Shown here piece after piece: positions 50,119-51,118 of a DNA stretch of 51,118 nt. The DNA lies in contig JBKGYN010000005.1 of assembly GCA_046546105.1 (NCBI GenBank), positions 1-51,118 on the forward strand, in the 5' to 3' direction. Both the position numbers and the translations under genes were made by a program. The DNA is from Candidatus Woesearchaeota archaeon (GTDB lineage Archaea; Nanobdellota; Nanobdellia; Woesearchaeales; SKGA01). Numbering within the stretch: the stretch's first letter is position 1; the number at the start of each line of letters is the position of its first letter. A model generated the notes under the pieces. The model had not been told where the DNA came from, searched no databases, and saw only the letters and a program-made list of their open reading frames with translations.

Positions 50119-51059
50119 ATGACTGTTGATGTGCTGTATAATATGAAACGCGAGATGCTTCGGCGTAAGATGAGCCGGAAAACGATCTCCACATATCTGC
50201 AGTACGTTAGGCAGTTCCTTGAGTTCTGTAAGGATAATGATGTCAGACAGTTCTCGAAAAGGGATGTTCGCGCGTTTCTCATATCCCTTCAGGAGAAGGG
50301 CGTGGCTGGCTCGACTCTTAATGTCGCTCATAATGCTCTTCGTTTTCTCATGATCGATATCCTTCATAAGTCGATGTATCTCAAGCTCAAGTTCGCAAAG
50401 ACTCCTAAGCGTGCTCCTGCTCATCTTTCTAAAGAGCAGGTCGCTGCCATCCTTCGTGCTATAGTCAACCCTAAGCACTGGCTTCTGGTCGCTCTCATGT
50501 ACGGTGCGGGTCTTCGTGTGAGCGAGGTTGTCAGCTTGAAAGCATCAGATCTTGATTTTGATCGTTCCATAGGCCGGGTTCGCCATGGCAAGGGTGATAA
50601 GGAGCGCCCGTTCATTATTCCTGACATCTTGATCGGCGAGTTGAAAACCGCTTTTGTGAAAGAAATGAGAAGTGGTTGTTTTCTGGTCGGAAAGGACATT
50701 TATCAGTGAAATCAGTACGAGAGATCGTGCAACAAGCTGCTGATAAAGCAAGAAAACAACACAATCGTGAAGCAGAAACCAAATCACAGTACCCTAACAA
50801 CAGTTCCCCGAAATTAGACTACCGTCTGCAAAACCCAGAAGACCGCTCCCAGGGCCCTGTTCACAGCCCCCAGATCCCTGATAACGTCCATCCTCACATG
50901 TTCCGCCATTCCTTTACTACCCATCTATTGGAAGCGAAGTATGACGTCTCGACCGTCCAATCGCTTCTCGGTCACGTGCATCCTGCAACGACATTAGGCT
51001 ATTCTCACACGAGGCGACCGAAACTGTTGACTGCAAAGAGCCCGTTGGATGAATTTTAA
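50119..51059 (+). pseudogene. Tyrosine recombinase (Xer/integron-integrase-like) split by a -1 frameshift at about 50644-50650
   Basis: N-terminal SAM-like domain (S.KT..TY), GLRVSE, GKGDK, HMFRH, LGH, TTLGY and C-terminal KSPLD; ORFs 50119-50709 and 50676-51059 join as ELK-RFCERNEKWLFSGRKG; TATA at 50080-50087. Confidence 0.88.
50780..50880 (+). repeat. Heptamer-type tract inserted in frame in the recombinase
   Basis: AACCCAG AAGACCG CTCCCAG GGCCCTG TTCACAG CCCCCAG ATCCCTG. Confidence 0.6.
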
Positions 51060-51118
51060 GAACGAGTCAAGATAAAGAGAGAAAACAAAAAAATATCGCT
51101 CATCACTTGAACTGCTTC

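Noticed and set aside
49319-51059. Canonical integron (IntI plus attC)
   Set aside because: The recombinase lacks the IntI-specific insertion. The GTTATRY cores have their inverted partner only 6 bp away, not at the far end of a long attC hairpin.

Overview
Chromosomal segment of an archaeon, most likely DPANN/Woesearchaeota-like. The assignment is inferred from the archaeal informational genes, TATA promoters and the gene repertoire. Core genes: SRP54, rpl7ae-rps28e-rpl24e-ndk-EF2 operon, RFC small subunit, Topo VI A/B, Dim2/KH, RIO1, translin and an intron-containing tRNA-Phe. Several genes look bacterial-type: gyrB, AspRS with GAD insert, TGT and RNase HIII. There is a dispersed type IV pilus-like system (prepilin peptidase, VirB11/PilB-like ATPase, TadC-like platform) and blocks of paralogous surface and membrane proteins. 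The most notable locus is the right end (about 49.1-51.1 kb). A non-IntI tyrosine recombinase, split by a -1 frameshift, sits beside four directly repeated 28-bp dif-like sites. These delimit small cassettes whose two ends are complementary to each other, which suggests an integron-like, Xer/dif-type cassette array, and the array abuts a truncated sua5 3' fragment. Other unusual signals: a box C/D K-turn plus SD-sequestering hairpin in the rpl7ae leader, tRNA-3'-end duplicates inflated with nested palindromes, a REP-like palindrome array, strand-biased heptamer tracts that invade ORFs, a catalytically degenerate HIT pair, and an operon ending in a secreted protein with a beta-barrel-like C-terminus. 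All calls come from motif recognition by eye; no searches were run.
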